Shown here: positions 20,932 through 31,427 of the stretch, in pieces | Layout: each line of letters starts with the position of its first letter | How positions within the stretch are numbered: position 1 is the stretch's first letter | Assembly: GCA_002811645.1 (NCBI GenBank) | Contig: PDIP01000030.1 | Coordinates: 437,310-496,889, forward strand | DNA: 59,580 nucleotides | DNA from: Corallochytrium limacisporum Hawaii | Taxonomy: Eukaryota > Protista > Pluriformea | Direction of reading: 5' to 3' | Made by a program: the position numbers and the translations under genes | The notes under the pieces: model-generated | Database searches by the model: none | Seen by the model: only the letters and a program-made list of their open reading frames with translations | What the model was told of the DNA's origin: nothing

Positions 20932-22242
20932 ATGTCAATGACACCTCCCTCTGACGGAGAGTGGCAACATGTCGGTCTGTTGCGAGACTTTCAGCGACGG
21001 CGGTGCACGCGGGTGTACGCGCGTGATGGCGAAGGCGCCGAGGATGTGGCTGTGTTCGCCGTAAATACCGACGAGGGGGTGGTGCTGCATGCGATCACAG
21101 CAGATTGTGCCCATGAGGGTGGTCCTTTGGAAGTGGGCGACATTGAGGATTTTGTCGTACGGTGCCCGTGGCACGAGTTTGAATTCGATATTCGGACAGG
21201 ACATAGCCCGAGTGGGTTGTTGCAAACCGTGTATCCGATCCGGTCTGATGAGGACGGTTTAGTCTACATCCAAGCAGCACATGTATTGCGGCCCTTTGAC
21301 CTTAGCAATCAAATCAATCGAAAAGAATGCAGGAGTATCACTACGAAGAGGTCCGTGGATGCTACACATCAAGTACGTGGAACCGAGGTGGACCTTCAGT
21401 TTCTGAAAGACGATGATCAACTAGACACTCTCCACAAATACGCCATTAAGATTCTCATGACCGGAAATCCGACCCTAAAGTGCAGCCTCACCCGCAAGGC
21501 AGCCAGTCTCTTCCTGCAAGAGAAGACTGGAGAAAGAGACGCTATTCTGGAGCTTGGCGAGCCAGTCGGATGGGTGCCGGAAATGCCGGTCCGTGAAGAA
21601 CTAGCCATCGTTGACGTAGGCAAGACACAGAACCGCCGGGGAGGTGGCAACGTACGGAATCGAATTGCCATGCTTCACTCATTAGCAAACATTGAACAAT
21701 GGGCTATCGACTTGGCCTGGGACATTATTGCCCGCTTCGGCCATGAAAACATGCCTCACGAGTTTTATGCGGAGTTTGTGCAGGTTGCAGATGATGAGGC
21801 ACGTCACTACGAACTGCTTGTTAACCGACTCAACGGTTTAGGTGCCGAGTTTGGGGACCTCGCCATCCACGCCGGACTTTGGCAGAGTGCGACAGAAACG
21901 AAAGATTCGTTGCTGAAACGCTTGGCCATTGTGCATATGGTGCATGAGGCACGAGGCCTGGATGTTCACCCCAAAACGATTGGCCGCTTCCAGGGTGCAG
22001 GAGATAAGGAAAGTGTGGCGGCACTGAATATCATCTACGAAGAAGAAATCACCCACGTGACGGCTGGTGTCAAGTGGTTCAAATACATTTGTGAACGGGA
22101 TGGTCTGGACCCGATCCGAACATTTCATGACACAGTGCGTGCAAACTTTCGTGGCCCACTGAAACCCCCGTTCAACCATGATGCCAGGAACACTGCCGGT
22201 TTCACATCCGAATGGTACGTGCCTTTGACACAGAAGAACTAA
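20932..22242 (+). CDS. Rieske [2Fe-2S] domain fused to ferritin-like DUF455 di-iron domain
   Basis: Rieske ligands CAH...CPWH; DUF455 motifs LHSLANIEQWAIDLAWD, DEARH, HEARGLD, EEITHV..G.KWF, LKPPFN..AR..AG. Confidence 0.9.
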   Translation: MSMTPPSDGEWQHVGLLRDFQRRRCTRVYARDGEGAEDVAVFAVNTDEGVVLHAITADCAHEGGPLEVGDIEDFVVRCPWHEFEFDIRTGHSPSGLLQTVYPIRSDEDGLVYIQAAHVLRPFDLSNQINRKECRSITTKRSVDATHQVRGTEVDLQFLKDDDQLDTLHKYAIKILMTGNPTLKCSLTRKAASLFLQEKTGERDAILELGEPVGWVPEMPVREELAIVDVGKTQNRRGGGNVRNRIAMLHSLANIEQWAIDLAWDIIARFGHENMPHEFYAEFVQVADDEARHYELLVNRLNGLGAEFGDLAIHAGLWQSATETKDSLLKRLAIVHMVHEARGLDVHPKTIGRFQGAGDKESVAALNIIYEEEITHVTAGVKWFKYICERDGLDPIRTFHDTVRANFRGPLKPPFNHDARNTAGFTSEWYVPLTQKN

Positions 22243-22298
22243 AGAAACAGCACATGCAGTATTGGAAAAGAATGTATAATGATGACAAAGAACAAAGA

Positions 22299-25200
22299 TT
22301 AAGACAACCTAGCTTGCACAAAACGGTGCAAGTTGCACAAGTGGTCGACATAGCTTGGTCCATCGTTTGTGACATCCTCAGCAAGGAGATGCAGCAGTTG
22401 TGGTTCGAGCGCGTCGCGCTGTTTGATGACTATAATGGGGGACCCATTGAGGCTCTCGTCCCTGCAGACCTTGATGAGTTCCCGCAGTGTGCAATTCAGA
22501 GGTGAATCTTCCTTCACCGGTACCTCGAAGAGTGGCGTATCCATAGTCTGCACAGCGTGCGTGCCAAACGTACTTTGGAGCCAGTCCATGTGCACACGTT
22601 CACCGATCCACATGATCAGGGTTGCACCATTGTCGAGCAGATACGCACCGTCGGAACGGAAGCGATCCATGGACAGACGCAGTGTGCGCGGTGGTTCGTC
22701 GACTGGGGAGTCTTCGGTGAGATCCGTAAGCATATATAGCTTTGGGTATAGCAATTTCTGTAGCTGTCTCGGAGACAGACTGTTCAGCAAGGCTATGTTG
22801 AAAACACGAGCATCAATGCTGCAGTCCTTGCCATCGCGAAGAATGTCCTGCTTGAACAGTGCTGCACTGTACACAGGCAATAACTTCAGCCCCTCTGGCA
22901 AGATTAACTGTCCCGGGCTACTGTTGGCGGCGCAGTGCTTCCGATAAGCCGACAAGCAATCGACAATATACCGGTTGAGACGCTCCTTGACCTTTTGACG
23001 ACCTAGAGTCAAGATATCCAGAGCTGCTTTGCGCACCCAGTAACACATCATGGCATCCAAATCAGCATTGCGGAAAATATCTCCAATAGCACCGGTAGCC
23101 GTCAGAGCCAAATTCAACACTCGGATGCGGCGGTAACCAATCGCGGAGGTGTACAGAACCGCAACCTGTACATAGCATTCACTGTTCTCCTTGAGGCGGT
23201 CATCATGGTTGACCTCGACTACAAAAGTTTTGTCTGCATCCAAGCCAGCCAACTGTACGTCTGTGCGGTTGGCCATATGGAAGTTACCCCAGTGGTTGGT
23301 GGGCAGAAGACCAGGGGAAGAACGCAGCCGCATGAGCCCTTCGTAACCCATGTCTCGAGAGGCCAATCGTTTTAGACTCGCCTGCAGAGCTGGATCATCC
23401 CTATGAGGGTTAAAGAACGGGTACCTGTATATGCTACCACCAGTGTTCTTTGACGGCATAAGAAGGGCTGCTAAATCCATGCCAGAGTTAGGGAAGACAA
23501 AGGTATCTAATGCAATTCCCGCTTCGACTAGCGAGAGTCCCATTGCGTCCCAGTATTTGGTACTTCCTGATCCGTCTTCTACAAGAAGCTGTCTTTCCTT
23601 GTCAGTGCCCGCCGCTGATGGGTCGTCACGGTGTTTCAGTTTGCCCGGGCCAACGTTCGGCATTGAGCAAGAAAATAGCTCAATGCGTCCACCGTGGTGC
23701 TCAAGCAGGAGGCGGGCAGAATCCACAGCTGCACCGGTGCAGGCATCGGCATCACCTGGCTGCACCATATCTCTCAACAACTGAGGCAAGCGATCGAGAA
23801 GATCATCGATCTCCTCACGACAGTCTGCAAGGCTTCCTGTTGATCCCGGCATGCCCACGCCGAAGGGATCATCAATATCCGGCATGATTGCTACCGATGG
23901 TGAGGTCTGTCCCTTGCGAACACTGAAAAATTGTACAGTTCTGTTAAACGTGATAAACCCGACTTTGATGGGGCAAGAAGTTTCAGACTCTGCCTTTGCC
24001 TTGGCTTCCTCAATTTCCTTTGCATTGGTGAGAGTACCGTGGTTGTCATAGATCGGCTGAGGCAGCACAGCGTTGGGCGGCAACTTTGGGAATGCATCCA
24101 AAGAACCCTTGATGCCAGCAATTACAGAATCCACCATACCACACTTCAGGGCTTGCTGGGTTGCCTCGATGACGTACAGGATTGTCAAAGGCACAGGCAT
24201 GCGAGCACAGTAGTCCACAGTTGCCACATAATCCACAGTACCATGTCCCAATTCCGGTCGCTCGTGAATATCCTGGCGGCGTCCTGTGTGATCCAAGTGT
24301 GCAAAGTAATGCGCCGGTGTTTCATTCTCAACTTCACACAAGTTGCACTGCCATGTGTTACCATTGTTCGCCCAGCGCACAAATGGATTCATGTACCCCT
24401 TGCACCGCCTGCAGCGGATTGGCCCAGCCTCACCGCAATTAATAACCGGAACTGCTTTCTCATACTGTCCTTTCTCTGCTAAAGGTGTGATGGCAAAAGC
24501 AATGGGCATGCCAGCTGCAGTGGCGATCTCTTCGCTCACAGGCACCTGGTACAAAGAGGAGCGAATGAACTTCGGATTACTATTTCCCTGATCATTGGCC
24601 GTAAACTCTGTGCTGGAAAGAGGAGGCAATTGCTTGCTGTTGGTTGCATATGAGCTCCGGCTGTGAAAGCGACGGTCTTGGTCAAGCACTTGAACCACTG
24701 AAGGAATGGCATCCGGATCGATCCGCGGTTTTTGACGATTCTGTCCCTGACTGAAAGGTGAAGAATTGGGATCCGCACTGGGCTGGCGAGGGGTTAATCC
24801 GGTGGATGGCTGAGTCTGCGAGAAGCTAGGGGCAGTGTTTGCTGGTGCAGGCGTTGGTGCAGGGGCAGGCTTTGCCCCCGTCATCTGCTGGTATTCCTGA
24901 CGGAATCCGCCCACCCCACTAGACTGGCCCGCAGGTATGGTTGAGCTGGGCGCTTGCTGTTGCTCAGCGTATTGACGACGGGCTTTGTGGGGCATAGGGC
25001 CCGTTGTTCCCGGTGGCGGAGGTCCCGAAAATGTAGTTGCAGCAGGCGGCACTCCAGTCATCGGGCGCGACCCAGACATGCCACCAGAAAGTCCGGTCGG
25101 AGGACCAGGTTGCGACGGTGGTGACATTGGTGATCCCATGCTCATGCTCGCCATCCCTTGCGCAATTCCTGACGTACCCATTGGTTGCAGTCCGCCACTA

Positions 25201-25775
25201 ACTCCAGTGGCCTGTGGTGCACTGCCATTCATCGGTGGTGGAGCTCCTACAGGCCGAAGTGGAGGCGCTCCGCCCGGAACTGCCTGCTGAGGTCTAGGTG
25301 CTGTCTGTGCTGCTGGTGCCCCGGCTGTCCCTGGGGCTGGCATAGCACCCGGAGGTTTACTACCCGGTTGACCATAGCTGCCTATCGGAGGGCCGCGGGG
25401 TGGCTGTGGCTGCGATGGGTGAGGTGCAGCACCCGGTGCTGGTGCCATGCCTGGTGCTGCTCCAGTCATGGGCTGAGGGTTAGCCGGGTAAACAGGACGA
25501 TTACTACCTGGTGGGGCTCCCATGGGCCTAGGGCTTCCCCCGGCTTGTTGACCCGGATATCCACCCATGGGTCGAGGGCCACCCGCTCCTGGTGCTCCTG
25601 GTGTTCCCGGCACTCCCATTGGCTTCGGAGGGATCATTCCTCCAGGTCCTGGTGGTCGAGGGTAAGGATTTGGTCCCCCATTTCCATTAGCTGCCGGCTG
25701 AGGGGACGCACCTTGCGTCGGACGCGGAGGATAGCCTTGGCCCTGCGCCTGCGGTCCACCCGAATTGCTATACAT
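22299..25775 (-). CDS. SEC24C: COPII coat cargo adaptor Sec24, C/D subfamily
   Basis: Pro/Gly/Gln-rich N-terminus; RIDPDAIPS; DQGNSNPKFIR; zinc finger CRRC...CNLC; RPEL..GTVDY; VQVAVLYT..G.RRIRV; PGQLILPE.LKLLP; C-terminal SYVDHLCNLH. Confidence 0.93.
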   Translation of the reverse strand: MYSNSGGPQAQGQGYPPRPTQGASPQPAANGNGGPNPYPRPPGPGGMIPPKPMGVPGTPGAPGAGGPRPMGGYPGQQAGGSPRPMGAPPGSNRPVYPANPQPMTGAAPGMAPAPGAAPHPSQPQPPRGPPIGSYGQPGSKPPGAMPAPGTAGAPAAQTAPRPQQAVPGGAPPLRPVGAPPPMNGSAPQATGVSGGLQPMGTSGIAQGMASMSMGSPMSPPSQPGPPTGLSGGMSGSRPMTGVPPAATTFSGPPPPGTTGPMPHKARRQYAEQQQAPSSTIPAGQSSGVGGFRQEYQQMTGAKPAPAPTPAPANTAPSFSQTQPSTGLTPRQPSADPNSSPFSQGQNRQKPRIDPDAIPSVVQVLDQDRRFHSRSSYATNSKQLPPLSSTEFTANDQGNSNPKFIRSSLYQVPVSEEIATAAGMPIAFAITPLAEKGQYEKAVPVINCGEAGPIRCRRCKGYMNPFVRWANNGNTWQCNLCEVENETPAHYFAHLDHTGRRQDIHERPELGHGTVDYVATVDYCARMPVPLTILYVIEATQQALKCGMVDSVIAGIKGSLDAFPKLPPNAVLPQPIYDNHGTLTNAKEIEEAKAKAESETSCPIKVGFITFNRTVQFFSVRKGQTSPSVAIMPDIDDPFGVGMPGSTGSLADCREEIDDLLDRLPQLLRDMVQPGDADACTGAAVDSARLLLEHHGGRIELFSCSMPNVGPGKLKHRDDPSAAGTDKERQLLVEDGSGSTKYWDAMGLSLVEAGIALDTFVFPNSGMDLAALLMPSKNTGGSIYRYPFFNPHRDDPALQASLKRLASRDMGYEGLMRLRSSPGLLPTNHWGNFHMANRTDVQLAGLDADKTFVVEVNHDDRLKENSECYVQVAVLYTSAIGYRRIRVLNLALTATGAIGDIFRNADLDAMMCYWVRKAALDILTLGRQKVKERLNRYIVDCLSAYRKHCAANSSPGQLILPEGLKLLPVYSAALFKQDILRDGKDCSIDARVFNIALLNSLSPRQLQKLLYPKLYMLTDLTEDSPVDEPPRTLRLSMDRFRSDGAYLLDNGATLIMWIGERVHMDWLQSTFGTHAVQTMDTPLFEVPVKEDSPLNCTLRELIKVCRDESLNGSPIIVIKQRDALEPQLLHLLAEDVTNDGPSYVDHLCNLHRFVQARLS

Positions 25776-26558
25776 GAGTGATTGCTTTTTTGGGGATCCT
25801 TATCCCGATTCTAATCATACACTGGCTCCAGATCTGCTTCCATGCAGTCTATAAGTCAGCTGCCATGGCTACATGCACATATATACTGTAATCTGATCGC
25901 CCTATCAGTTTGTTTTGTGGTCGTGTCCACAGGTGTTACAAAATGGGTCTGGGCCATTGTAGTTCGAATTCCTTCGCATTCCTAAATACGTTCTTGTTGA
26001 TGCCTAATTGTTTATTTTCTTCACTGTCTAAGTCATTACACGCCATCACTTATTATGGGATGTCATGAGAGCTAGGAAACAATGACTTGCCGCTGAACGA
26101 ACAGTTTGTACGACAATCGTCAAGCTGTACACACTGATACGTGTAGCTGTTGCATGGACAAGTCCGTTTCAGGCATAGCGCGTAGTAGGAGATGTGAGGC
26201 GAGAAGAAGACTGATGCCGAGCGAGCAGCTGCTGGGTGGTACACATCATTCGTGGCACCGAATGGCCGGTGGTCTCAATAAGCCTGGCAGGAAAGCCAAA
26301 ACAAAAAGAGAGAATCAAAGGAAAAAGGGACAACTCCCCACTCTGCTGGGCAACACCTCCCTCCTTCCAGGCCTAACAGGGAATACAGTATATTCACTAT
26401 AAACCTTCAGGCACGGGAAGGCTCGGGGATATTAATATCCGGAATATTTTCAAAAGTGGTGGACCTATTTTGGTACATTCAGTGCGGCAAAGACAGTGGT
26501 AGATATTGTATGGTACTTGTATTGTACACGTCGATGGACGGTGGTTTTCAAGACTTTT

Positions 26559-29507
26559 TCATTCGGGTTCCTTCGCCTTGGATTTTACACTGCGGATGCG
26601 GTGCAATGATTCGAGACTGGCCTTAGTGGCAGCGAGCGCCGGTAGTGATCCGTTTGCCGACCGCAGGGCGACATTCTCAAAACTATTCCGCGGACTGAGC
26701 GTGCCAGCCTGAAGGAAGAGCTTCTCGATGGCCATGGCATCTTCGGGGCCATCCTCTGGGGGTGTCTTACGACGACCAGCATTCTTGGTACTGAGTACGT
26801 CCTCCGCGGATGTTGTGCCCGAAGGACTGTCAGTCCTTGGCTTGGGACGGCGCTTGCTACCTGGCCTGAAGCTTCCCCCGAAAGATTCCTTTCGACTAAG
26901 GCTCTCAGAAGCCTGGTTGCGCATGTTTTCTATAGTGTCGTCTAGGTCAGCCTCCAACCGCAACTGTTGCAATGCGTGTTGGGAGATGCGTTGACGACCC
27001 AGTGAGCCGATGCCACCATGATTTTTCAGTACATTTGATGAGTATGAGGGGCCCCGCTGGCTCTTGCGACGTGCGCGCTCCTCTTCCTGATTCTCCAGCA
27101 ATTCATCTATGTCAATGTCCTCATGCCGCAGCGGTTGCGATATCAAGCTACCGTTAGAGCCAAGTGAGTTTCCGCTAAGGCGTTTGGATTCGAGTTCTTT
27201 TTCATCGTGCCACAAACTTGCATTACTGTTGGCCATGGACCGTAAGCGACCTTCAGTAGAGTCTCCTCGCATGTCAGTTACGCTGAACAGGGTAGCCTTC
27301 GACTGCATGCTGGACTTACTCTTACCAAATCCGCGGCTGGAATCCGAAGATGATTTGGTCAATCCAGATAAATCAGAGCATGACTTACGCAGCCCAGAGG
27401 ATGCTGAGGAGGAGGTTTGTATCAAAGTCGTATCCCCACCGTCTGAAATGTCGCGGTGCAGCGTGGGTTCAGAACGATTCAGACTAGAATTAGATCTTAC
27501 GCTAGCGCTCGAACTGCGGCGAAGTCCCTTGGTGGACACGCGGCCCGCAATGCGAGGACGACCCGTTCTAGGGACACTGTTGACTCCTTCTTGGCTCGAT
27601 CCACTGATTTCGGATTTACTATTGGAGAACCCTTCACTGTAACTGTTGTCCGACTTTGGCACCGACACGGAGCTGCCGAACAGTGATCTCTCAGCCGCAC
27701 GATCCATGGCGCGAATGTCTACTCCTACGTTCTCGCTGAACATTGCAATTGACAGGCTTGCCTCTGCGCCTTTGAGTACATCAGTTGATAAAGGCTTTTC
27801 ACGCTTCATGAACGGCAGATACGTCTCAAGTTTGCTCTTCTTGCCCTTGGCCTTTTCACGCTCCTCATTGCCCTTACGATCTAAGTAGTTCATGACATTT
27901 GACCGAATAGCTGTGGTCTGATTCTCTTCCCGATTGAGGAAAATGCTAAAACTAACATTTCGGTCGAGGTTCATTACATCAATGAACAATTTTGTTGTGG
28001 AGACAAGGAATACAAAACCAAGAATAGCCGTAGTCACAGCAGTGGTTGTGTACACGTCGATGTCTGAAGCACTCAGTAGGACAGTTTCGACGATCAGGAT
28101 GATGGCCTCCGGAGGACACGGAATCGGCTTTCGATAGATCAGCTGCGCTGCCATGATATGATTTGTCCAGCTGGTTACCACCAAACTAACAGCAATGGCG
28201 AACAAAACCTGCGGTGGTTCAATGAAGATCTGCTGCAAGGTACCGAAGAGTATGGTACTTACTAGAGGAATGAAGAGCAGAATCTTTGCGGTCCACTTCA
28301 ACGGTGCCCGGATCGTTTTGTAGATATCACTCAAGGCATAATACACTACCATCACGACCAAGAGGCCGATAAATCCCGTGTAAATCCAGGCCATGTAGCG
28401 TTTATCAATCCATATGTCCCCGCCAGTGATCACGGAGACCAGAAGGAAAAAGCACACATGAACGTAGTTACCATAGTGAACCACATACGGTACACGCATG
28501 CAACCGGTGGCGTAGTATGCGATGAATGTCAGCTGAAAACTACTAGCAGTGATCAATACCACTGAATAAATGGGGGCAGCAATCACTGGTGGGGCTATCA
28601 TACCACTGATGATACCGGCAACGCACAGATTAAAGGCGTCGAAAATGTGATCAAAGTAATGGCGCGCTGGCGATTGTGTCTTGGTATTGCGCGCATGTTC
28701 ACCATCTACAACATCCAGGATCCAGGTGATGCAAATGGTAAACATCCACAGCCCATAGATCCATTGATGTGGCACGCAACGAGGAGTCTCGTACAGTGGT
28801 AGAGTGGAAGGGCACTCTTCGAATATCAGCAAACACAATGTGAGAATATGCAAGATCATGCCAGGCAACGTGAAGAAATTAGGACTGATCCAGACAGGAA
28901 CTTTTGTAGTGGCCTTGCGAATTTTCTTCTCTAACCATTTTACGAAGGGATCCACATGCTTCCGCTTGTATGTCTGACTGCGATCCAACTGTACGGCTGT
29001 GGGTTTGTTGGTAATGTCCTGCACCTCTTGTTCTGCTTCCGCGTGTGAAATGATAATAGTCGGTGCAGCAGGCTGCCCCTTTTGCAACAAGGCACTCTTT
29101 TTCTTTTCTTGAACTAACGTCTCCGTGATGGAGTGCTTATGTGACCCACGCGTTTTCGTTTTCTCCGTGGTTTCGCTAAGGGAAGCCCTGTGGATAAAAG
29201 AATGGTTTGCTACTGGCTTAGGGTATCGTCCGGCACTTTTTGGAATCTTTCCTCCAGGCTTTTCGTTTGCAACTGCAGCCCGCTGCCTTTGCTCTTCACG
29301 CTCCACATCGTCTATGATATCCTTTTCATCCCGGTTCTCATCTTCAGAATATCTATGCATCATACTTTGTTTCCATTGGCCTTGCTCGTGACTTCTCTCG
29401 GGCTTCGGCAAGGATTCAGTTGACCGCATCGCGTACTCAAAAATGTTAGCTGGCCGGGCTTCGTCACAATTCAGGGAACCTTGTCGCTTTGGACTACTAA
29501 TTCCCAT
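26559..29507 (-). CDS. CDP-alcohol phosphatidyltransferase (CEPT/EPT/CPT-like) with long low-complexity N- and C-terminal extensions
   Basis: VP.WISPN..T; motif LDVVDGEHARNTKTQSPARHYFDHIFD; multiple hydrophobic helices; about 450-aa Ser/Arg-rich tail. ORF track starts at GTG 29516; first ATG at 29507. Confidence 0.8.
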   Translation of the reverse strand: MGISSPKRQGSLNCDEARPANIFEYAMRSTESLPKPERSHEQGQWKQSMMHRYSEDENRDEKDIIDDVEREEQRQRAAVANEKPGGKIPKSAGRYPKPVANHSFIHRASLSETTEKTKTRGSHKHSITETLVQEKKKSALLQKGQPAAPTIIISHAEAEQEVQDITNKPTAVQLDRSQTYKRKHVDPFVKWLEKKIRKATTKVPVWISPNFFTLPGMILHILTLCLLIFEECPSTLPLYETPRCVPHQWIYGLWMFTICITWILDVVDGEHARNTKTQSPARHYFDHIFDAFNLCVAGIISGMIAPPVIAAPIYSVVLITASSFQLTFIAYYATGCMRVPYVVHYGNYVHVCFFLLVSVITGGDIWIDKRYMAWIYTGFIGLLVVMVVYYALSDIYKTIRAPLKWTAKILLFIPLVSTILFGTLQQIFIEPPQVLFAIAVSLVVTSWTNHIMAAQLIYRKPIPCPPEAIILIVETVLLSASDIDVYTTTAVTTAILGFVFLVSTTKLFIDVMNLDRNVSFSIFLNREENQTTAIRSNVMNYLDRKGNEEREKAKGKKSKLETYLPFMKREKPLSTDVLKGAEASLSIAMFSENVGVDIRAMDRAAERSLFGSSVSVPKSDNSYSEGFSNSKSEISGSSQEGVNSVPRTGRPRIAGRVSTKGLRRSSSASVRSNSSLNRSEPTLHRDISDGGDTTLIQTSSSASSGLRKSCSDLSGLTKSSSDSSRGFGKSKSSMQSKATLFSVTDMRGDSTEGRLRSMANSNASLWHDEKELESKRLSGNSLGSNGSLISQPLRHEDIDIDELLENQEEERARRKSQRGPSYSSNVLKNHGGIGSLGRQRISQHALQQLRLEADLDDTIENMRNQASESLSRKESFGGSFRPGSKRRPKPRTDSPSGTTSAEDVLSTKNAGRRKTPPEDGPEDAMAIEKLFLQAGTLSPRNSFENVALRSANGSLPALAATKASLESLHRIRSVKSKAKEPE

Positions 29508-31427
29508 ACTGTACACTACTAATTTATACCAACATACGGCTTTGAGTACACGAATCTATTCCATGCGTTAGTCTCAAGTGTGTCTCGTTGTTGTCGCCAT
29601 GCAAGCATTACATGCCTACCTATGAATTTCTTGCAGACCAACAAGAGATCATAATTGACGTAAAGGAATATCCATTTATAACTGCAAAACATGTTATCAG
29701 ACTCTATCAATGGACCTTGCATATGTGCATGACGCACCATAAGACTCTCGAATGCGCTCTACACACCGGGAAGTATTCGATCAGGTCGCGGACAAGGACC
29801 GCCCATCCTACTACAACCACCAAGAACCGGACGCCAGGTAACTCTTCCAGAAGACTAGCTAAAGAGACTGAAACGCCACACTGTACACAGCAAAGGCCCT
29901 TCACAACAACGACAAACTACTCTTTCTGGAATGACCATGGGACCTTCAAGCTTTGCCGGTGGCAACATCGTCCCAAATTACGCGCTCTGTGCCCCTACGC
30001 CTGTGACCCTTTGAGACTCCCATTTCATCCAGCGACCCGCCCCCGCGACGGGGCCCGTAGGTACGCGGGGCCGGGTTGGGGGGGGGGGGGAGGTGGGGAA
30101 TTGAGACGAAACACTTGCACACCCCGCCCCCCTGTCACCTGTCGGTATTGCGCGCAGTGGCAGCACCGCCGGTCATTGCCCTACGCAGAAGTCGCCGGTC
30201 AGTGCGCACCCGACCCCCACCCTGCGGGTGCCGGGACCTGCCCAAACCCCCCCCCTCTCCCTTTTCGAACCTCTAAACCAACCACCCCAGGCACGCGATT
30301 GCTTGCGGTACACAAACCACCTCTTTCCCCTCCAACACGCTCTGCTCGCCTGGAGGTTTTTTTTTGCCTGTCTTCTTCCCGTCCCTCTGTAGCCTTCTTC
30401 TAAAAACGAAAAAAAAAATGGCTCCCCCTTTTCCTTCGTCTGCCGTTTTTAACGGGAAGGAATTACGTAAACCGACCGTTTCGAGTTTTTTTAACCGTCG
30501 GCATTTCCCCCCCCTTCCCTTCCCAGTCTCTTCGCGGGCGCCGGGCCGAAGATAACCACGAAAGCGCTTTCGAAGGGAATTCACAAGGCGGATGGGTGGA
30601 AGAAGGACACGGAGTGCTCCTCCTCACACTCCCCATAGCCACACAATGCCAAAAAAAAACACCGATCCCCCGGGGGGGGTTTCATTCACAATTTTTTTTT
30701 TGGGTCAGAGCGCGGAAGGTGGGCCGGACACAGTCTGCCGGACCACAGGCCCCACCGCACCGCCCACCGCCGTAGGGACCCGGCGTGATGAGGAGAGAAC
30801 TAAAGGTGGAGGGAGAGGGAGGGGGGGGGAGAGAGGGTATTGGGACCTTAATATAAGAGTTTGCTACAGATGGGTACGCGAGGTGTGTGTCTCTTGATCA
30901 AGTATATTTGGGCACGACACGGGAAATTGACAAAAGGGGGGGGGGGGAGAGAAGAGCAGAACAGGGAGAGAAATTAAAGGGGTGTGTGTATAGTAGTAGT
31001 AGTGCGGACCCGCACGCCCCGGTTACAGGAACTAAACAGCGTGACAAAGATTATCTCTCGCAGTTAGCTTTCCTTGCTTCATTCATCTTTGTCTATTTTC
31101 TATGTGTCCTTGTGACCCTGACCTACCTCCGCTAGGTGCTCAGGGTATCCAGGACTGGCGAAGGGTAACATTCGCCGTCACCGCTTGCTCTCTGCAGTAT
31201 TGCCATACTTAGTTTCGACTGGAACTTGAAGGAAGAAAAGGGCGTAGGAATTGGGGATGAACGCGAGGCCTTTTTGTGACTCCGGGAAATTTTCAAGCAC
31301 CACGACCTGAACAGGTCCAAAAGCCAGTGTATGATCCCTATTGATGACCATACGATTGTTACCCGTGTCGGTATCGGTACCATCATTGTGACTTGTCACT
31401 GTTAAGTCGCAACGGAAGGACGCCATC

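Noticed and set aside
13613-25775. GBF1 (COPI GEF) and SEC24 (COPII) close together as a trafficking cluster
   Set aside because: They are separated by two unrelated genes; trafficking genes are numerous, so chance is sufficient.
26427-26440. 14-bp perfect palindrome GGATATTAATATCC
   Set aside because: A few palindromes of this length are expected by chance in 60 kb, and nothing else supports a function.
29588-30403. 271-aa + strand ORF and similar Pro/Gly/Arg-rich intergenic ORFs (for example 34049-34948, 42292-43153, 57076-57714, 58170-58775)
   Set aside because: Mostly non-ATG starts, composition driven by homopolymers and microsatellites, no domain motifs.
31185-31405. Protein-like + frame with an internal TGA upstream of the desaturase
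   Set aside because: No ATG before the TGA, bounded by TAA stops, no recognisable family; not enough to claim readthrough or a pseudogene.
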